Below are positions 38,549-49,985 of a stretch of DNA of 64,000 bases, piece by piece. Origin of the DNA: a virus (taxonomy: Duplodnaviria > Heunggongvirae > Uroviricota > Caudoviricetes); IMG/VR virus record IMGVR_UViG_2724679564_000005; one strand, written 5' to 3'. The position numbers and the translations under genes were made by a program. Position 1 is the first letter of the stretch, and each line of letters starts with the position of its first letter. The notes below the pieces were generated by a model. The model was not told the origin of the DNA and did not search any database. It worked only from the letters and a program-made list of their open reading frames with translations.

Positions 38549-40731
38549 ATAGTTATTTCTTTTTTATTTAAATCTATCAATAAGCCTTTTAAAAATGTAT
38601 TACGTTGTAATTCAGCACTCTGTTTTAGTGCGTAGTTTATAGTTTCTGGTAATGCTATATGATAACATTTTTCTTTTGCTCTAGTTGCTCCTACATACAT
38701 TAAGTTTTTATTTAATGTCCATTTATGTGATACAGGGGTAACTAATATTACATTTTTGACTCCTGATCCTTGACTTTTATGAATACTAATAGAATAAGCT
38801 AATTGTAATTGTTCTAAATCCTCTTTAGCATACAAAATCATATCCCTTTTATATTGTACATATATTTTATTATAATCTATATTTCTAATAATACCTATTT
38901 CTCCGTTAGTAATTGTTACTTCTTCATAATTTTCATTTAATGCTTTATAATTATTTTTCACTTGCATTACTAAATCATTTTGTCTGAAAATACTATCACC
39001 ATATTTTATATATTTTATATCTTCTTTATAAGGATTAAAATTTTCCTGTAAAGTTTTATTTAAATCTATTGTTCCATTTTCATTTATATTTTTTGCACAT
39101 AACACCATAATATCTATAGGAGAATTACCTTGTTTTAATAAATTTTGATAAATCCCTACTACATAATCTTTAATATATTCATCCTCTGTTGGGATAAAAG
39201 AATAATCTCCTCTTTCTCCAAAAACTTGTATATCATCATTCTTATCGTCTAAATATTTTTCACCTAATCTAATTTTAGTTGCTACTTGTAATAAGCCACC
39301 TTCACCATATCTAAAAACTTGAGTCAATCTTGTCAAAGGTATGATACCACTATTTATTAAATCATAAGCACAATTTCCACAACTTACAGAAGGTAACTGT
39401 GCATCATCTTGAACAAATACAATTCTTGTCTTGTTAAAATCTATAGCTTCAAGCAAATATTTCATTAGGCTTATATCTGTCATGCCATTTTCATCAACTA
39501 TTACAACATCTACATCTAATTTGTTTTCTTTATTATATCCCCACCCATAAGCAGGGTTATAATCTAGTTTCCTATGTATTGTTCCAGCATCTCTATTAGT
39601 ATATTCACTTAAAACAATTGCTGATTTTCCTGTAGGTGTCATTAAAACATAAGATAAATTGTTATCATCACATAAATTAATAATAGCTTGAGTGCAAAAA
39701 CTTTTACCACTTCCTGCATTTCCAACTAGTAAGCTTATATTACTACTACAAAAATTTTTTAATACTCCTTGTTGTTCTTTTGTAAGATTATTTCCATCAA
39801 TTCTATAATATTTAGAATAATCTATTATAAGTTTTCTATTATTTTTTAAAGCAAATATTATAGCTCTAGCGATATATAATTCTTTTTCATAAGTATACTT
39901 CCATGCAATTCTTCTTTTAGAATCAAAATATATATCGTCATCCTTTAACCCATCTATTAATAACTCAATACTTTCAGGTACTAATTTATAACATTTATTA
40001 TATAGTTCTTGTAGATCAATCCATGTATTTCCCTCTTTTTCATTTTCATTTAAACAAAATTTTATACATGCTTTAATTCTTTGTGTTGACTTTTTTAACT
40101 TTTTATTTTTCTCAATAGATAATATTAACCCATCTGCTTTAGTAAAAGATATCCCATTTAGCAAACATAATGTTTCATAAGGGTCTTTCATCATTTTTTC
40201 TTTCATTATTTCTACTGATGCAAATTTATCGTATAATTTTTTTGCTAATGATATTGAAATATTGTATTCTTTAAATTCATTAATAAAATCTATCAAATGA
40301 AAATTTTCTGTAATTTTCCTCTTAACTACTTCAAAAGTTTTTTCTTTAATTCCTTTTGTCTTGTTTAAATCAATATCATCTAAGTCATTATTTATAACTT
40401 TATCTATAATATTGGGATATACCTCTAATAGTACCTTTGCTTGTTTTTCGGTCAAAACCTCTTTGAGAAATCTTTTAACTTGTGTTTTAGTTTGAGGTTT
40501 TTCCCTTAATACATTCAAAACTTCGTATCCATATTTATTCTCTTTTCCTTCTATAGAATATTCAACTCCTAGAGTTAGTTCGTGTATATCTCCAGAAATC
40601 GATACATTTCCATATTTGTTATATTTAATATTTTTATTTTTATCTATAGGTGTTACTGCATATATTCTAAAATTTTCATAATTACCTATTTCTTTTTCTA
40701 TTATTGCTTTAAATTTAATAATCTCTTCCAA
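38545..40731 (-). CDS. SF1B RecD/Dda-like ATP-dependent DNA helicase (728 aa)
   Basis: Walker A LLVGNAGSGKSF, Walker B VVIVDENGM, C-terminal SIHKSQGSG motif. Confidence 0.8.
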   Translation of the reverse strand: MEEIIKFKAIIEKEIGNYENFRIYAVTPIDKNKNIKYNKYGNVSISGDIHELTLGVEYSIEGKENKYGYEVLNVLREKPQTKTQVKRFLKEVLTEKQAKVLLEVYPNIIDKVINNDLDDIDLNKTKGIKEKTFEVVKRKITENFHLIDFINEFKEYNISISLAKKLYDKFASVEIMKEKMMKDPYETLCLLNGISFTKADGLILSIEKNKKLKKSTQRIKACIKFCLNENEKEGNTWIDLQELYNKCYKLVPESIELLIDGLKDDDIYFDSKRRIAWKYTYEKELYIARAIIFALKNNRKLIIDYSKYYRIDGNNLTKEQQGVLKNFCSSNISLLVGNAGSGKSFCTQAIINLCDDNNLSYVLMTPTGKSAIVLSEYTNRDAGTIHRKLDYNPAYGWGYNKENKLDVDVVIVDENGMTDISLMKYLLEAIDFNKTRIVFVQDDAQLPSVSCGNCAYDLINSGIIPLTRLTQVFRYGEGGLLQVATKIRLGEKYLDDKNDDIQVFGERGDYSFIPTEDEYIKDYVVGIYQNLLKQGNSPIDIMVLCAKNINENGTIDLNKTLQENFNPYKEDIKYIKYGDSIFRQNDLVMQVKNNYKALNENYEEVTITNGEIGIIRNIDYNKIYVQYKRDMILYAKEDLEQLQLAYSISIHKSQGSGVKNVILVTPVSHKWTLNKNLMYVGATRAKEKCYHIALPETINYALKQSAELQRNTFLKGLLIDLNKKEITI

Positions 40732-40770
40732 CCTATCACCCTCTTTAAAAAGTATTAAATAACAAATATA

Positions 40771-43700
40771 TTAATCATTTAATACTCTCAATGCTTTTAG
40801 TTTATTAGACCTACCATTCTCATAGTATTCCGCTCTAAAGAATCCATCCCCTACATATCCGTTTAAAACTATTTTATCTCCTCTTTTTAAATCCGAAGCA
40901 ACTGTGTTATACAATATATCACCTAATTTGCATATTACTATCCCACTATTGGTTAAAAGAATTATTTCTCTATGTTTTTTTATTTTACCTGTTAATGTTC
41001 CCATTATAATGTATAATTGTTTTTTCTTATAATACCCAACTTTCCTCATATTTAAATTTGGAATATCTTTAAATTCATCTACTCCATATTTATCTTTTAC
41101 TGTTTTTAACCATGAGTCTTGAAAATAAAAACTTGTACTTTCAAACTCTAAATCTGCATCATCTTGATTTTTTCTATAATTCAAATAATCTTTAATTACT
41201 CTATTTTTATTTATTTCTTTAGTATACTCCTCTGAATTAATTTTTAAGTTTTCTTTTAATAATTTTAAATATTTATCATATTGTTTTGTATATTTATTTT
41301 TTATTATCTTTAATTTATTGTTTTCAATCTCATAAGTATCTTCATCATATAAATTTTTATATGATGTTATTATTTCATCATCTATATATAAATCTAATAT
41401 ATTTTTTTTCTCTAATAAAGTTTTATGTAGTTTGTAAATTCTTTTTTCTTTACCAAATTGGTTTTTATCTAATAAGTTATTTTCAAATAATTCAACTATA
41501 TTTGTTGTAGAAACCTTTGTTATTAATTTTGCACTATTATAAAATATCTTGCCTAATAATAAGTCTCTTGCAGGTAAATCTTCATCATTATTTTCCATTG
41601 GTAAATTATCAAAACATCCACTATTAACTAAACTAATTAATGCAGATTTATCAAATTTGATCTCATTTTCTTGTATATCAAATACATTTTTATCTAAGAA
41701 ATCTTGAAACGATATATATGGTCTATTCAATATTATTTGCTTTACAGTAGGTTCTCCAACATTATTTAATGAACCTATTCCATATAATATTGAATTATCA
41801 TATACCTTAAACCCTAAGTCAGATTCATTTATATCTGGATGAGATATTTTAACACCTAATTCTTTACATTCTGTCAAATATTGAGATATCTTCATATTAT
41901 CATTTGTTAAACTTAACAAAGATGTCATGAATTCCAATGGATAATGACATTTTAAATAAGCAGTATAATAAGTTAATAATGCATAACTTAATCCATGAGA
42001 TTTATTAAAGCAATATTCACCAGCAGATTCTATAATATCAAATATCTCCCTTGCTTGTGCTTCGGTTAATCCATTATTAACACATCCCAGTATATTTCTA
42101 TTTTTATCACCAAATATAAAAGCTTCTTTTTGTTCTAATATATATTTCATATCTTTTTTTCCTATTCCTCTGCGGACTAAATCAGCATGGGCGAAAGAAA
42201 ACTTAGCTAACTTTTGAAGTAAAAACATAATTTGCTCTTGATAAACTATTATTGAGTAAGTTTCATTTAGAATATCCTTCATATCATCATGATAATAACT
42301 AATTAATTTAGGATTATTTTTAAATTTAATATAATCATCTAAAAATTTAATTGATGCTGGTCTATATAAACTTATTCCTGCACAAATATCCATTATATTT
42401 TTAGGTTGAAGTTGCATAAAAAATTTAGTCATGTTATATCCTTCTAGCTGAAACACACCATATAAATTACCTTTAGCTAAGAACTCATAGGTTGCTTTAT
42501 CATCTAATGGTAATTTTTTAACATCATAATAATCTTTGCCTATTTTGTTCATTGTGTCACTTATTATTTGAAGAACTTTTGTAGATAGCAAGTCCATTTT
42601 TACCATGCCTAATTCTTCTGCTATCTTTTTATCAACTTGCAATAAAGTTTCTCCTTCTTCCCCCTTCATCATTCCACAATACTCATATATTGGTTTTGAA
42701 GTTATAACAGTTCCACAAGCATTTATAGATAAAGAACGAGGTCTACCATCAAATTCTTTAGCTAATTCAATAACATCTGAATACACTCCTATCAAATCCA
42801 ATAATTTTTTGTTATTCCTTGAATTTTCAATTGATTCATCTATTGTATCTTGTGTCATAAATTCAGCAAGTGCCTCCATATCTTTATGTGGTTTCCCTAA
42901 GCACCTTCCTGCATCCTTTACAGCTACTTTTGGTGTAATATATGTAAAATTGATTATTTGAGAAACCTTATCTTCTCCATATTTACTTTTAATATATTCA
43001 AAAACCTCACATCTTCTATTTGATTGAAAATCTGAATCTATATCAGGCATTGAAATTCTTTCTTTATTTATGTATCTTGAAAACAACAAGCCATAAGGAA
43101 TAGGGTCTATACCAGTTATATTAAGTAAGTGATTAACAAAGCTACCTGACGCACTTCCTCTACCATCTGCAACAGCTATACCTTGCTTTTTTGCCCATGA
43201 TACATAATCAGATATTATTAAATGATATCCTAAAAATCCCATATCTTTCATTGTATTATATTCTTCAAGCATTCTATCTTTATATTCTTGAATAGGTCTT
43301 CCTACACCAAATTCATCATAAACCATATCATTTTTTATATTTGGTTCTATTTTTTTCTTCCAACCTTTCATAATTAATGATTGAAACCATTCTTCTTCAT
43401 TTTTATATTCTTTTGGAATTGGTATATGTGGTAATTCAGGTTCTCCAAATTCAACCTTTCCATTACATATATCTGCTATTTTATTAGTATTCTCTAGTCC
43501 TATTGTGATTTCTTTTTCTGTTAATCCAGATAATTTCATAATATCATATATTTCATCAACAGTATGTATATAACAATCATCATATATTTCTGCAAGATTT
43601 TCTATATCTTGATTATCTCTATTTATATTTACAAAATAAGCATGTGATGTTTGTTTTTCTTTAGATGTATAGTGATTATCATTAGTTATAATATAAGGTG

Positions 43701-44319
43701 TATTTGTTTCTACAGATAACTTTTTTATTAATTTATTATATTTTATTTGGTTTTCACTTGCATGAACTTGCATCTCTAAATAAAAATTATCTTTGAATAC
43801 CGATTTATATTCTTCTACAAATTTTAAACATTTGTTATAATCATTTATAAATTTACCTAGCTTACTCCCTAGACAAGCAGAAGATACAATCAAATCCTTT
43901 GCATATGGCTTTAGTTGCTCTAAATCAATTCGTGGTTTATAGTAAAATCCTTCAAAATTTGATTTTGTTATTAGTTCGTGTATAGCTTGTATACCCCTTT
44001 GATTTTTTGCAATAGCAAGAAAGTGAAAATATTTATATTCATTGTTTTTTTCTAAATGATTAAACGCTTCATAAAATTCAACACCATATAAAATCTTTAT
44101 TTCTGGAAAATCTTTTTGTAGTTTAGCATAATAATAAAACGAGAATTCATTTCCATGATTAGTTGTTGCTACAGCTTTTAATCCTATGTCTTTACATCTT
44201 TGTAATATCTCTTTTGGTGAAGAATGCCCATCTAATATACTAAGAAAATCATGTGAATGTAAATTAGAATAAGTATTAATTCTATTCATTAAATCCCTCC
44301 TTGTAAAATTAATTATCAA
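40771..44319 (-). CDS. dnaE: DNA polymerase III alpha subunit (DnaE-type) with N-terminal PHP domain
   Basis: PHP motif LHSHDFLSILDGHSS; 1182 aa. Confidence 0.85.
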   Translation of the reverse strand: MIINFTRRDLMNRINTYSNLHSHDFLSILDGHSSPKEILQRCKDIGLKAVATTNHGNEFSFYYYAKLQKDFPEIKILYGVEFYEAFNHLEKNNEYKYFHFLAIAKNQRGIQAIHELITKSNFEGFYYKPRIDLEQLKPYAKDLIVSSACLGSKLGKFINDYNKCLKFVEEYKSVFKDNFYLEMQVHASENQIKYNKLIKKLSVETNTPYIITNDNHYTSKEKQTSHAYFVNINRDNQDIENLAEIYDDCYIHTVDEIYDIMKLSGLTEKEITIGLENTNKIADICNGKVEFGEPELPHIPIPKEYKNEEEWFQSLIMKGWKKKIEPNIKNDMVYDEFGVGRPIQEYKDRMLEEYNTMKDMGFLGYHLIISDYVSWAKKQGIAVADGRGSASGSFVNHLLNITGIDPIPYGLLFSRYINKERISMPDIDSDFQSNRRCEVFEYIKSKYGEDKVSQIINFTYITPKVAVKDAGRCLGKPHKDMEALAEFMTQDTIDESIENSRNNKKLLDLIGVYSDVIELAKEFDGRPRSLSINACGTVITSKPIYEYCGMMKGEEGETLLQVDKKIAEELGMVKMDLLSTKVLQIISDTMNKIGKDYYDVKKLPLDDKATYEFLAKGNLYGVFQLEGYNMTKFFMQLQPKNIMDICAGISLYRPASIKFLDDYIKFKNNPKLISYYHDDMKDILNETYSIIVYQEQIMFLLQKLAKFSFAHADLVRRGIGKKDMKYILEQKEAFIFGDKNRNILGCVNNGLTEAQAREIFDIIESAGEYCFNKSHGLSYALLTYYTAYLKCHYPLEFMTSLLSLTNDNMKISQYLTECKELGVKISHPDINESDLGFKVYDNSILYGIGSLNNVGEPTVKQIILNRPYISFQDFLDKNVFDIQENEIKFDKSALISLVNSGCFDNLPMENNDEDLPARDLLLGKIFYNSAKLITKVSTTNIVELFENNLLDKNQFGKEKRIYKLHKTLLEKKNILDLYIDDEIITSYKNLYDEDTYEIENNKLKIIKNKYTKQYDKYLKLLKENLKINSEEYTKEINKNRVIKDYLNYRKNQDDADLEFESTSFYFQDSWLKTVKDKYGVDEFKDIPNLNMRKVGYYKKKQLYIIMGTLTGKIKKHREIILLTNSGIVICKLGDILYNTVASDLKRGDKIVLNGYVGDGFFRAEYYENGRSNKLKALRVLND

Positions 44320-44326
44320 ATTATTT

Positions 44327-45505
44327 TTATTTAAATAAACTATCTAAATTCATTTTAACTTTCTGTTTATCGTTAAATAAATCATTTATTGATTTTTCCT
44401 TCTTTTCCTTTTTAAATTTGTCTTTATTTTCATTTTTATATTTTATTAAATGAATGCAATTTGGACGACCACATAAATTAAAACAGAAATAACTTGTCTT
44501 ATCCCCTATTTCTACAGGAGGATAATTTTTTTCTATTTGATCTATCCCCTCAATCTCATCAACTGTATCCTTAATCCATTGGATACAATCCTTTATTATT
44601 TCATTATCATACTCATATTCTAAAAAACAATCTTCAATCCAATATTTCTTTTGTAATTCTTGTGGTAATAAATTTAAATTATTCTCATTTATTATCCTAC
44701 CTGCTTTTAACTCTGCTTCAATGGTATCCATACCATCATTTATAAAGTCATTCACTATTTTTTTATGAAAATATTTTGCACTATCCTTTCTATCTTTCAT
44801 TGATTTTTTAACCTTAGGTGGATTGTTCTTACTTCCTTTTGTCATATAACAACAATATACATATTTAAGCATTGTCCAACCTATTTGACTAACATTTACT
44901 CCTATAGCTTGTTCAACTCCTAGTTTGTATATTGTCAATTGTTTACCTGCTTTTATAAGCTTTTCTTTATTGAATTTTGAGCTTGTTTTCCAATCATTTA
45001 TAATAACAGATTCAAAATTTCCATCTTTATTATAAACAGGTATTATACTATCTATTTTCATTTGTATCCATATGTAATCTCTGTCTTCTTTAGGGTTTTC
45101 TTTTCTAGGTATTTTATATAGGATAAAATATTCTGTTTTCATTTCTGTTTTCATTATTTTATAATTATTAAAGAAATGCTCCATATTTTTTAAATAATTT
45201 ATTTTTGTTGTTGGGGGATTTTCTGGAAACTTAATACCCATTTCTTCACATTCTTGTATTTGTTTTTTGAAATTATTTTGTATATCTTTTAAATTGCCTT
45301 TATGATTATATATATTCTCTAATCCATCATGAACAACTGTACCTATTTTGTTATATATATTATCCCTAGATTTGTTATGTAATATGTAATTTTGATAATA
45401 ATTATATTTGCACTCATGCCATGTTGTAAGCTTACTATAACTATAAACTGGAATATTTTTATCAAATAATTCTTGTAGTTTATTTCTCATATCTTGTTCT
45501 GTCAT
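44327..45505 (-). CDS. PD-(D/E)XK Cas4/RecB-like nuclease with Fe-S cysteines
   Basis: N-terminal WHECKYNYY Cys plus C-terminal CFNLCGRPNC triad. Confidence 0.6.
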   Translation of the reverse strand: MTEQDMRNKLQELFDKNIPVYSYSKLTTWHECKYNYYQNYILHNKSRDNIYNKIGTVVHDGLENIYNHKGNLKDIQNNFKKQIQECEEMGIKFPENPPTTKINYLKNMEHFFNNYKIMKTEMKTEYFILYKIPRKENPKEDRDYIWIQMKIDSIIPVYNKDGNFESVIINDWKTSSKFNKEKLIKAGKQLTIYKLGVEQAIGVNVSQIGWTMLKYVYCCYMTKGSKNNPPKVKKSMKDRKDSAKYFHKKIVNDFINDGMDTIEAELKAGRIINENNLNLLPQELQKKYWIEDCFLEYEYDNEIIKDCIQWIKDTVDEIEGIDQIEKNYPPVEIGDKTSYFCFNLCGRPNCIHLIKYKNENKDKFKKEKKEKSINDLFNDKQKVKMNLDSLFK

Positions 45506-45524
45506 TTAACCCCTCCTTGTATTT

Positions 45525-46577
45525 TTAAACCCAAAATATATTTTCATCTTGTATACATTTATTCCATACATCTAAGCCTTTATCTGTTGGACTCTCTTTA
45601 TCTTTTAATATTTCATCATTCATAACAAATCCAACTTTTCCACTTATTAAACAACTCTTACTTTTTAATTTCTTACATTGATCTGCATTAAATTCATCTG
45701 GTATATCATTGTCCATACAAGTAACTATATCCACCTTTAATGAGATTAATATATCTCTTTGTACTGGAGATATATCATGTGAACCTATAGCCACTACATT
45801 TCTAACTCCAAAACTACATGCTTGTAATACAAACTTTTCTGATTCACCTACATAAACTCTGCCTTTTTGTATTATATATTTATAATTCTGATAAAATCCA
45901 TATAATAATTGACTTTTAGGAAAGCTTAAATTTTCAATAGGCAACCATTTACTAATATTATTTTTAGTACAATATTCAGCATCTTTATTATACCTACCCA
46001 TTATACCAACTATCTTACCATTTATATCTCTCCAAGGTACTATAATTCTTTCACTATAATCATCAAACATAATATCAAATTCTGTTTGTATATCATAATT
46101 AATACCATCATTATAAAACCTAATATTTCCTTTATTAATAAAATCATTTAAAATATTATCATCATAATATTTTAAATCTAACCTTTGATACTTTTTATTC
46201 CTTTTTATTGATGAAAAAAAACCTCCAAATGCTTTCTTTCTTTTAATTGTATTAACTTCAAAATTTGAATGATATTTAATACCTATACTATTACAACATA
46301 TTTTAATAGCTTGTGATAAACAACAATTTTTTAATTCCATTATTAAAGTTAATATGTCTCCTTTTACTGGTACTAAATCATAAATCCTAGAAGTTAGATT
46401 ATCATCAAACTTTACAACTACCCTTGTAGGATTTTTATCACTCATATCCTTTGCACATCTAAATTCATTTGGGTACTTAGTTATTCTATCACAACCTATG
46501 TCTTGTAATATTAACTTTATATTATCAACATCTTGTACAATAGTTTCTTTTAATTGTTTTATATCCATAGTTATCAC
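45525..46577 (-). CDS. DNA primase-like protein with C-terminal Toprim domain
   Basis: VYVGESEKFVL and CMDNDIPDE Toprim acidic motifs; sits next to the DnaB-like helicase. Confidence 0.5.
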   Translation of the reverse strand: MITMDIKQLKETIVQDVDNIKLILQDIGCDRITKYPNEFRCAKDMSDKNPTRVVVKFDDNLTSRIYDLVPVKGDILTLIMELKNCCLSQAIKICCNSIGIKYHSNFEVNTIKRKKAFGGFFSSIKRNKKYQRLDLKYYDDNILNDFINKGNIRFYNDGINYDIQTEFDIMFDDYSERIIVPWRDINGKIVGIMGRYNKDAEYCTKNNISKWLPIENLSFPKSQLLYGFYQNYKYIIQKGRVYVGESEKFVLQACSFGVRNVVAIGSHDISPVQRDILISLKVDIVTCMDNDIPDEFNADQCKKLKSKSCLISGKVGFVMNDEILKDKESPTDKGLDVWNKCIQDENIFWV

Positions 46578-46585
46578 CTAATTTA

Positions 46586-48151
46586 TTAATAATCCTGCTT
46601 AACAGTGCAATAGCCAATACACCTCCAATGATTAAAATCAAGGTTACTTTGCCATAATAATTGAAAATCTGATTTACCATATCTATTTTTATCAAAAAAC
46701 ATTATTGTATATACTTTTGTTGGGTCTAATTTTATTTCTTCTTCTTCTCCAGTATCTTTATTGTATCTATAAGGTTTAATATAATATTTACTTTTTTCAT
46801 CTAATTCATCTTGCCATACTCTACGCATCATTAATATTTGTCCACATACTTCCTTAATTGCTTTAGCCTTTGCTAATGCTCCTATGTTCAAATATCTTTG
46901 TGTTATAGTAGAACCTGCTAATTGTGCAGTAGCTATAAAACGTACATTTAATCCTCCCATTTCTTTAGGCTTTACTATCTTAAACAATTCCTTAGATTCT
47001 TCTGTGAATATTGCATGTGCATTTGAGGCTGATTCATCTTCTGGTTTCCATGTGTCAAGAATAAATGTTGTTTCTTCATCTAACCTCATCATTTTTTTTG
47101 TTATTTTTTTTAATGTTCTAACTGAATAATCTTCAAGTGGATATAATATTAAATTATTTTCAAATTGTTCTAACCAATCAGCAGCCATATTTAATGTCTT
47201 TAATTCTTCTTCTGTAAAACCACCCATATTCATTCTATTTCTTTGTATCCATTTTGCCTGAATATCGTGTCCTAAAAATCCATTACTAATGATTGATGGC
47301 AGTAGCATACTTCTCCATGCATCTTCTGATTGTTCGTTTATAAGTAATACAACCTTATTACCTCTTTTTATTAAAGGAAGTACATACATTGGTATTATTG
47401 AAGATGTTTTACCTATTCCTGAATGTGCGGTATGTAATAAAATATTCCCTCTATGTACCCCTGCCAATCTATAATTAAATATAGGTTCATCTATATCAAT
47501 TCCTTTTTCTAATCCTTTGTTAGCCCTTTGAATATATTCCCTATTCCCTTTAGCTAAATCTACTGGTTTAGTTACACTTGTAGCTTTTAGAAATGTATCA
47601 TTAACCATATAATCATGCCAATCATAAACTTCACTAGATGTCATTTTCTCAAATTTATTTAAATTATCTAATACATTAAATCCTTTAATATGTAATCTAT
47701 TTAAAGCATTAAACTTTATCAAAGTATCTAAATAGGCTTCAAAGTTTTCAGCATTAGTATTTTGCAAGTCTTTAATAGTCATAATTCCACCATATTCTTC
47801 AAACATTTCAGATAAAGCTTCTTTCCCACTCAGATATGCTTTTATAGACTGCTCGTCTATAGATTTAACACCTGTTTTGGTTATTTCCAATCCCAATCTA
47901 TAAAACAGCCTTCCATCCTCTGTTAAAAAATCATTCTCTTTTAATACATCTTTGCAATCATTATATAAATCATTATTATTATATAAACATCCTATTACAC
48001 ATCCTTCTATTATTCCTCTATTCTCTAGTAATTCTAATGGCAATATATTATTTGCATTATCTAAGAATCTCAATCCTATTTCATCTAATCTCTTTTGTTT
48101 ATATTCATTATAAGATTTCTCATATTGTGCTTTTATTTCTAAATATTCCAT
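46586..48151 (-). CDS. DnaB-like replicative helicase
   Basis: 521 aa; RecA-like P-loop AHSGIGKTS in the C-terminal half. Confidence 0.55.
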   Translation of the reverse strand: MEYLEIKAQYEKSYNEYKQKRLDEIGLRFLDNANNILPLELLENRGIIEGCVIGCLYNNNDLYNDCKDVLKENDFLTEDGRLFYRLGLEITKTGVKSIDEQSIKAYLSGKEALSEMFEEYGGIMTIKDLQNTNAENFEAYLDTLIKFNALNRLHIKGFNVLDNLNKFEKMTSSEVYDWHDYMVNDTFLKATSVTKPVDLAKGNREYIQRANKGLEKGIDIDEPIFNYRLAGVHRGNILLHTAHSGIGKTSSIIPMYVLPLIKRGNKVVLLINEQSEDAWRSMLLPSIISNGFLGHDIQAKWIQRNRMNMGGFTEEELKTLNMAADWLEQFENNLILYPLEDYSVRTLKKITKKMMRLDEETTFILDTWKPEDESASNAHAIFTEESKELFKIVKPKEMGGLNVRFIATAQLAGSTITQRYLNIGALAKAKAIKEVCGQILMMRRVWQDELDEKSKYYIKPYRYNKDTGEEEEIKLDPTKVYTIMFFDKNRYGKSDFQLLWQSNLDFNHWRCIGYCTVKQDY

Positions 48152-48171
48152 TTATAAAACATGCCCCCTTC

Positions 48172-48810
48172 TTACAGCTCGTCTTCCTCCAAAAATTTAC
48201 TAATTCCTTTCTGTTTATGTTCCTTATTAATTAAAAGATTATTATCTGTTAAATTTTTGTTATGTTTTATAAATTCTTTTTCTTCTTGCATTAAATTATT
48301 TTGCCTTTTCCTTATCTGTGAATTTTCTTTTTCCTGAAAATATATGTAATTATCATTGATATTGTTCTCAATTATTGCCATCATGTAATTAATTTTATTT
48401 CTTTCATTTTTAAATTGTTTGTTATTAAAAACCCATTCTATTTTATCTGATTGAGATAAAAATGTATCTAATATAACTTCATATTTATAACCTTCTTTTG
48501 ATTTTACAACCCTTCCAATCCCCTTTTGCATCACAGTACCATTTCTTAAATCTTGTAACCTTGTAATTAAATAATTAGGTAATAATTGTTCATTTGTATA
48601 TCCTAATATTATTTTGATATGATTATATAATTCATCAAACCATTTTAATTCATTAGATTTAAACTCCATTAAATCATCATATTCTTTTTCACATTGTTTA
48701 TGTATCTTTGTTTTTTTTTCTTTACCTTTTGAATTTATATCTATTTTAATTATTAAATCTTCCTTTTTTATAGCTTCTCCACAATATTTACACTTTGGTA
48801 GTCTTGGCAA
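48172..48810 (-). CDS. hypothetical protein with N-terminal CxxC zinc knuckle (212 aa); possible helicase-loader position
   Basis: CKYCGEA...HKQC; its RBS lies in the 48815-48856 switch-like structure. Confidence 0.4.
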   Translation of the reverse strand: MPRLPKCKYCGEAIKKEDLIIKIDINSKGKEKKTKIHKQCEKEYDDLMEFKSNELKWFDELYNHIKIILGYTNEQLLPNYLITRLQDLRNGTVMQKGIGRVVKSKEGYKYEVILDTFLSQSDKIEWVFNNKQFKNERNKINYMMAIIENNINDNYIYFQEKENSQIRKRQNNLMQEEKEFIKHNKNLTDNNLLINKEHKQKGISKFLEEDEL

Positions 48811-48814
48811 TCCT

Positions 48815-48856
48815 ATCCCTCCTTTTTATAAATAAGAGGGATTTTAAATCCCTCTT
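48815..48856 (-). promoter_or_regulatory. three-element structure: terminator-like 9-bp hairpin (AAGAGGGAT/ATCCCTCTT) whose 3' arm can alternatively pair with the downstream RBS (AAGGAGGGAT)
   Basis: sequence CCCTCC...AAGAGGGATTTTAAATCCCTCTT read directly. Confidence 0.4.
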
Positions 48857-48861
48857 TATAC

Positions 48862-49932
48862 TTATGAAATTAACTCATACATATTTTCTACTATTTCTCT
48901 ATGTGATTCATTTAACTCATCTAAGGATTCTATTTCTGCTTCTTGTACATATTCTTGCATCTTTAGTTTAGCACCATCTCCCAAATCTCCAAATCCTTCC
49001 TTGATTTTAGAAACCATATCTTCTATTGATGCTTTTTTAGTATATTCTTTAGCTTTTTCCTCTGATTCTTTTTGTTGTTTTTTAGCCATTTCTTCTATTT
49101 CTTCATTGGATACAGTTTTTAGTATAGATGATTTAACACCTTGTCCAAAAGCTTTTAAATAATTTTCTACTGAATATGATAATTTCGTAGGTAAATCTGT
49201 AAACCTACCCCCACAATCTATTGCTCCATCACTTCTAAAATGCATATTTACTTTGCTTTTTGCTGTTCTTTTCTTTGCATCTTGTATAGAATCATTTACT
49301 TCTTTTTCAACTACTAAATATGTAATCATATCCGCCATATCTTCAAAAACATTTGCATAATCATTCGTTAAATTACAACTTAATTGCATATATTCTTGTT
49401 CTTCACCTAATACAGCTCCTGTATTTTTCTTTTTAAGTTTTGTATGTCCAATAAGAAATAAACCATATCCTCCATTGTGTAATCTATCTAAAGAATTTCT
49501 CATTAAATCAATACAATAATCTTTTCCTCTATTAAATCCTCCAAATGCTTCATTAAGTGTTTTAACTATTTTTCCATCTTTCTTTTTGGAATCTTTCAAT
49601 GTTTTATCTCTAGCCATTTTAAAGAAATAATCTATAGTATCTATCGCAATAAACCTATAACTTATTTTTTCTCTATCTTCTACAAATTCTTCTACATAAT
49701 CCTCCCAATCATCCCAATCTTCTATTTTTTCAGCATGTAAACCATCTAGTGCTTTAAACCCATTTTCAAAGCCTGCTAAAAATCCTTTTGACATATCACC
49801 ATCATAATGCTTATGTACTAAATCTCTAAACAAAGTTGATTTACCAGTCTTTTTTTCTCCTAGTATTAAATGAATATAGTCCTCTAATCTTACTTTTACC
49901 TCTACAGGTTTAACATTACTTAATCTTCCCAT
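48862..49932 (-). CDS. P-loop NTPase (phage replication-associated AAA/Sak4-like ATPase, tentative)
   Basis: Walker A ILGEKKTGKSTLF. Confidence 0.5.
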   Translation of the reverse strand: MGRLSNVKPVEVKVRLEDYIHLILGEKKTGKSTLFRDLVHKHYDGDMSKGFLAGFENGFKALDGLHAEKIEDWDDWEDYVEEFVEDREKISYRFIAIDTIDYFFKMARDKTLKDSKKKDGKIVKTLNEAFGGFNRGKDYCIDLMRNSLDRLHNGGYGLFLIGHTKLKKKNTGAVLGEEQEYMQLSCNLTNDYANVFEDMADMITYLVVEKEVNDSIQDAKKRTAKSKVNMHFRSDGAIDCGGRFTDLPTKLSYSVENYLKAFGQGVKSSILKTVSNEEIEEMAKKQQKESEEKAKEYTKKASIEDMVSKIKEGFGDLGDGAKLKMQEYVQEAEIESLDELNESHREIVENMYELIS

Positions 49933-49985
49933 GTAACAAACTCCTCCTTATATATTATAGAATTACTTTATATTCACAAATCGAC

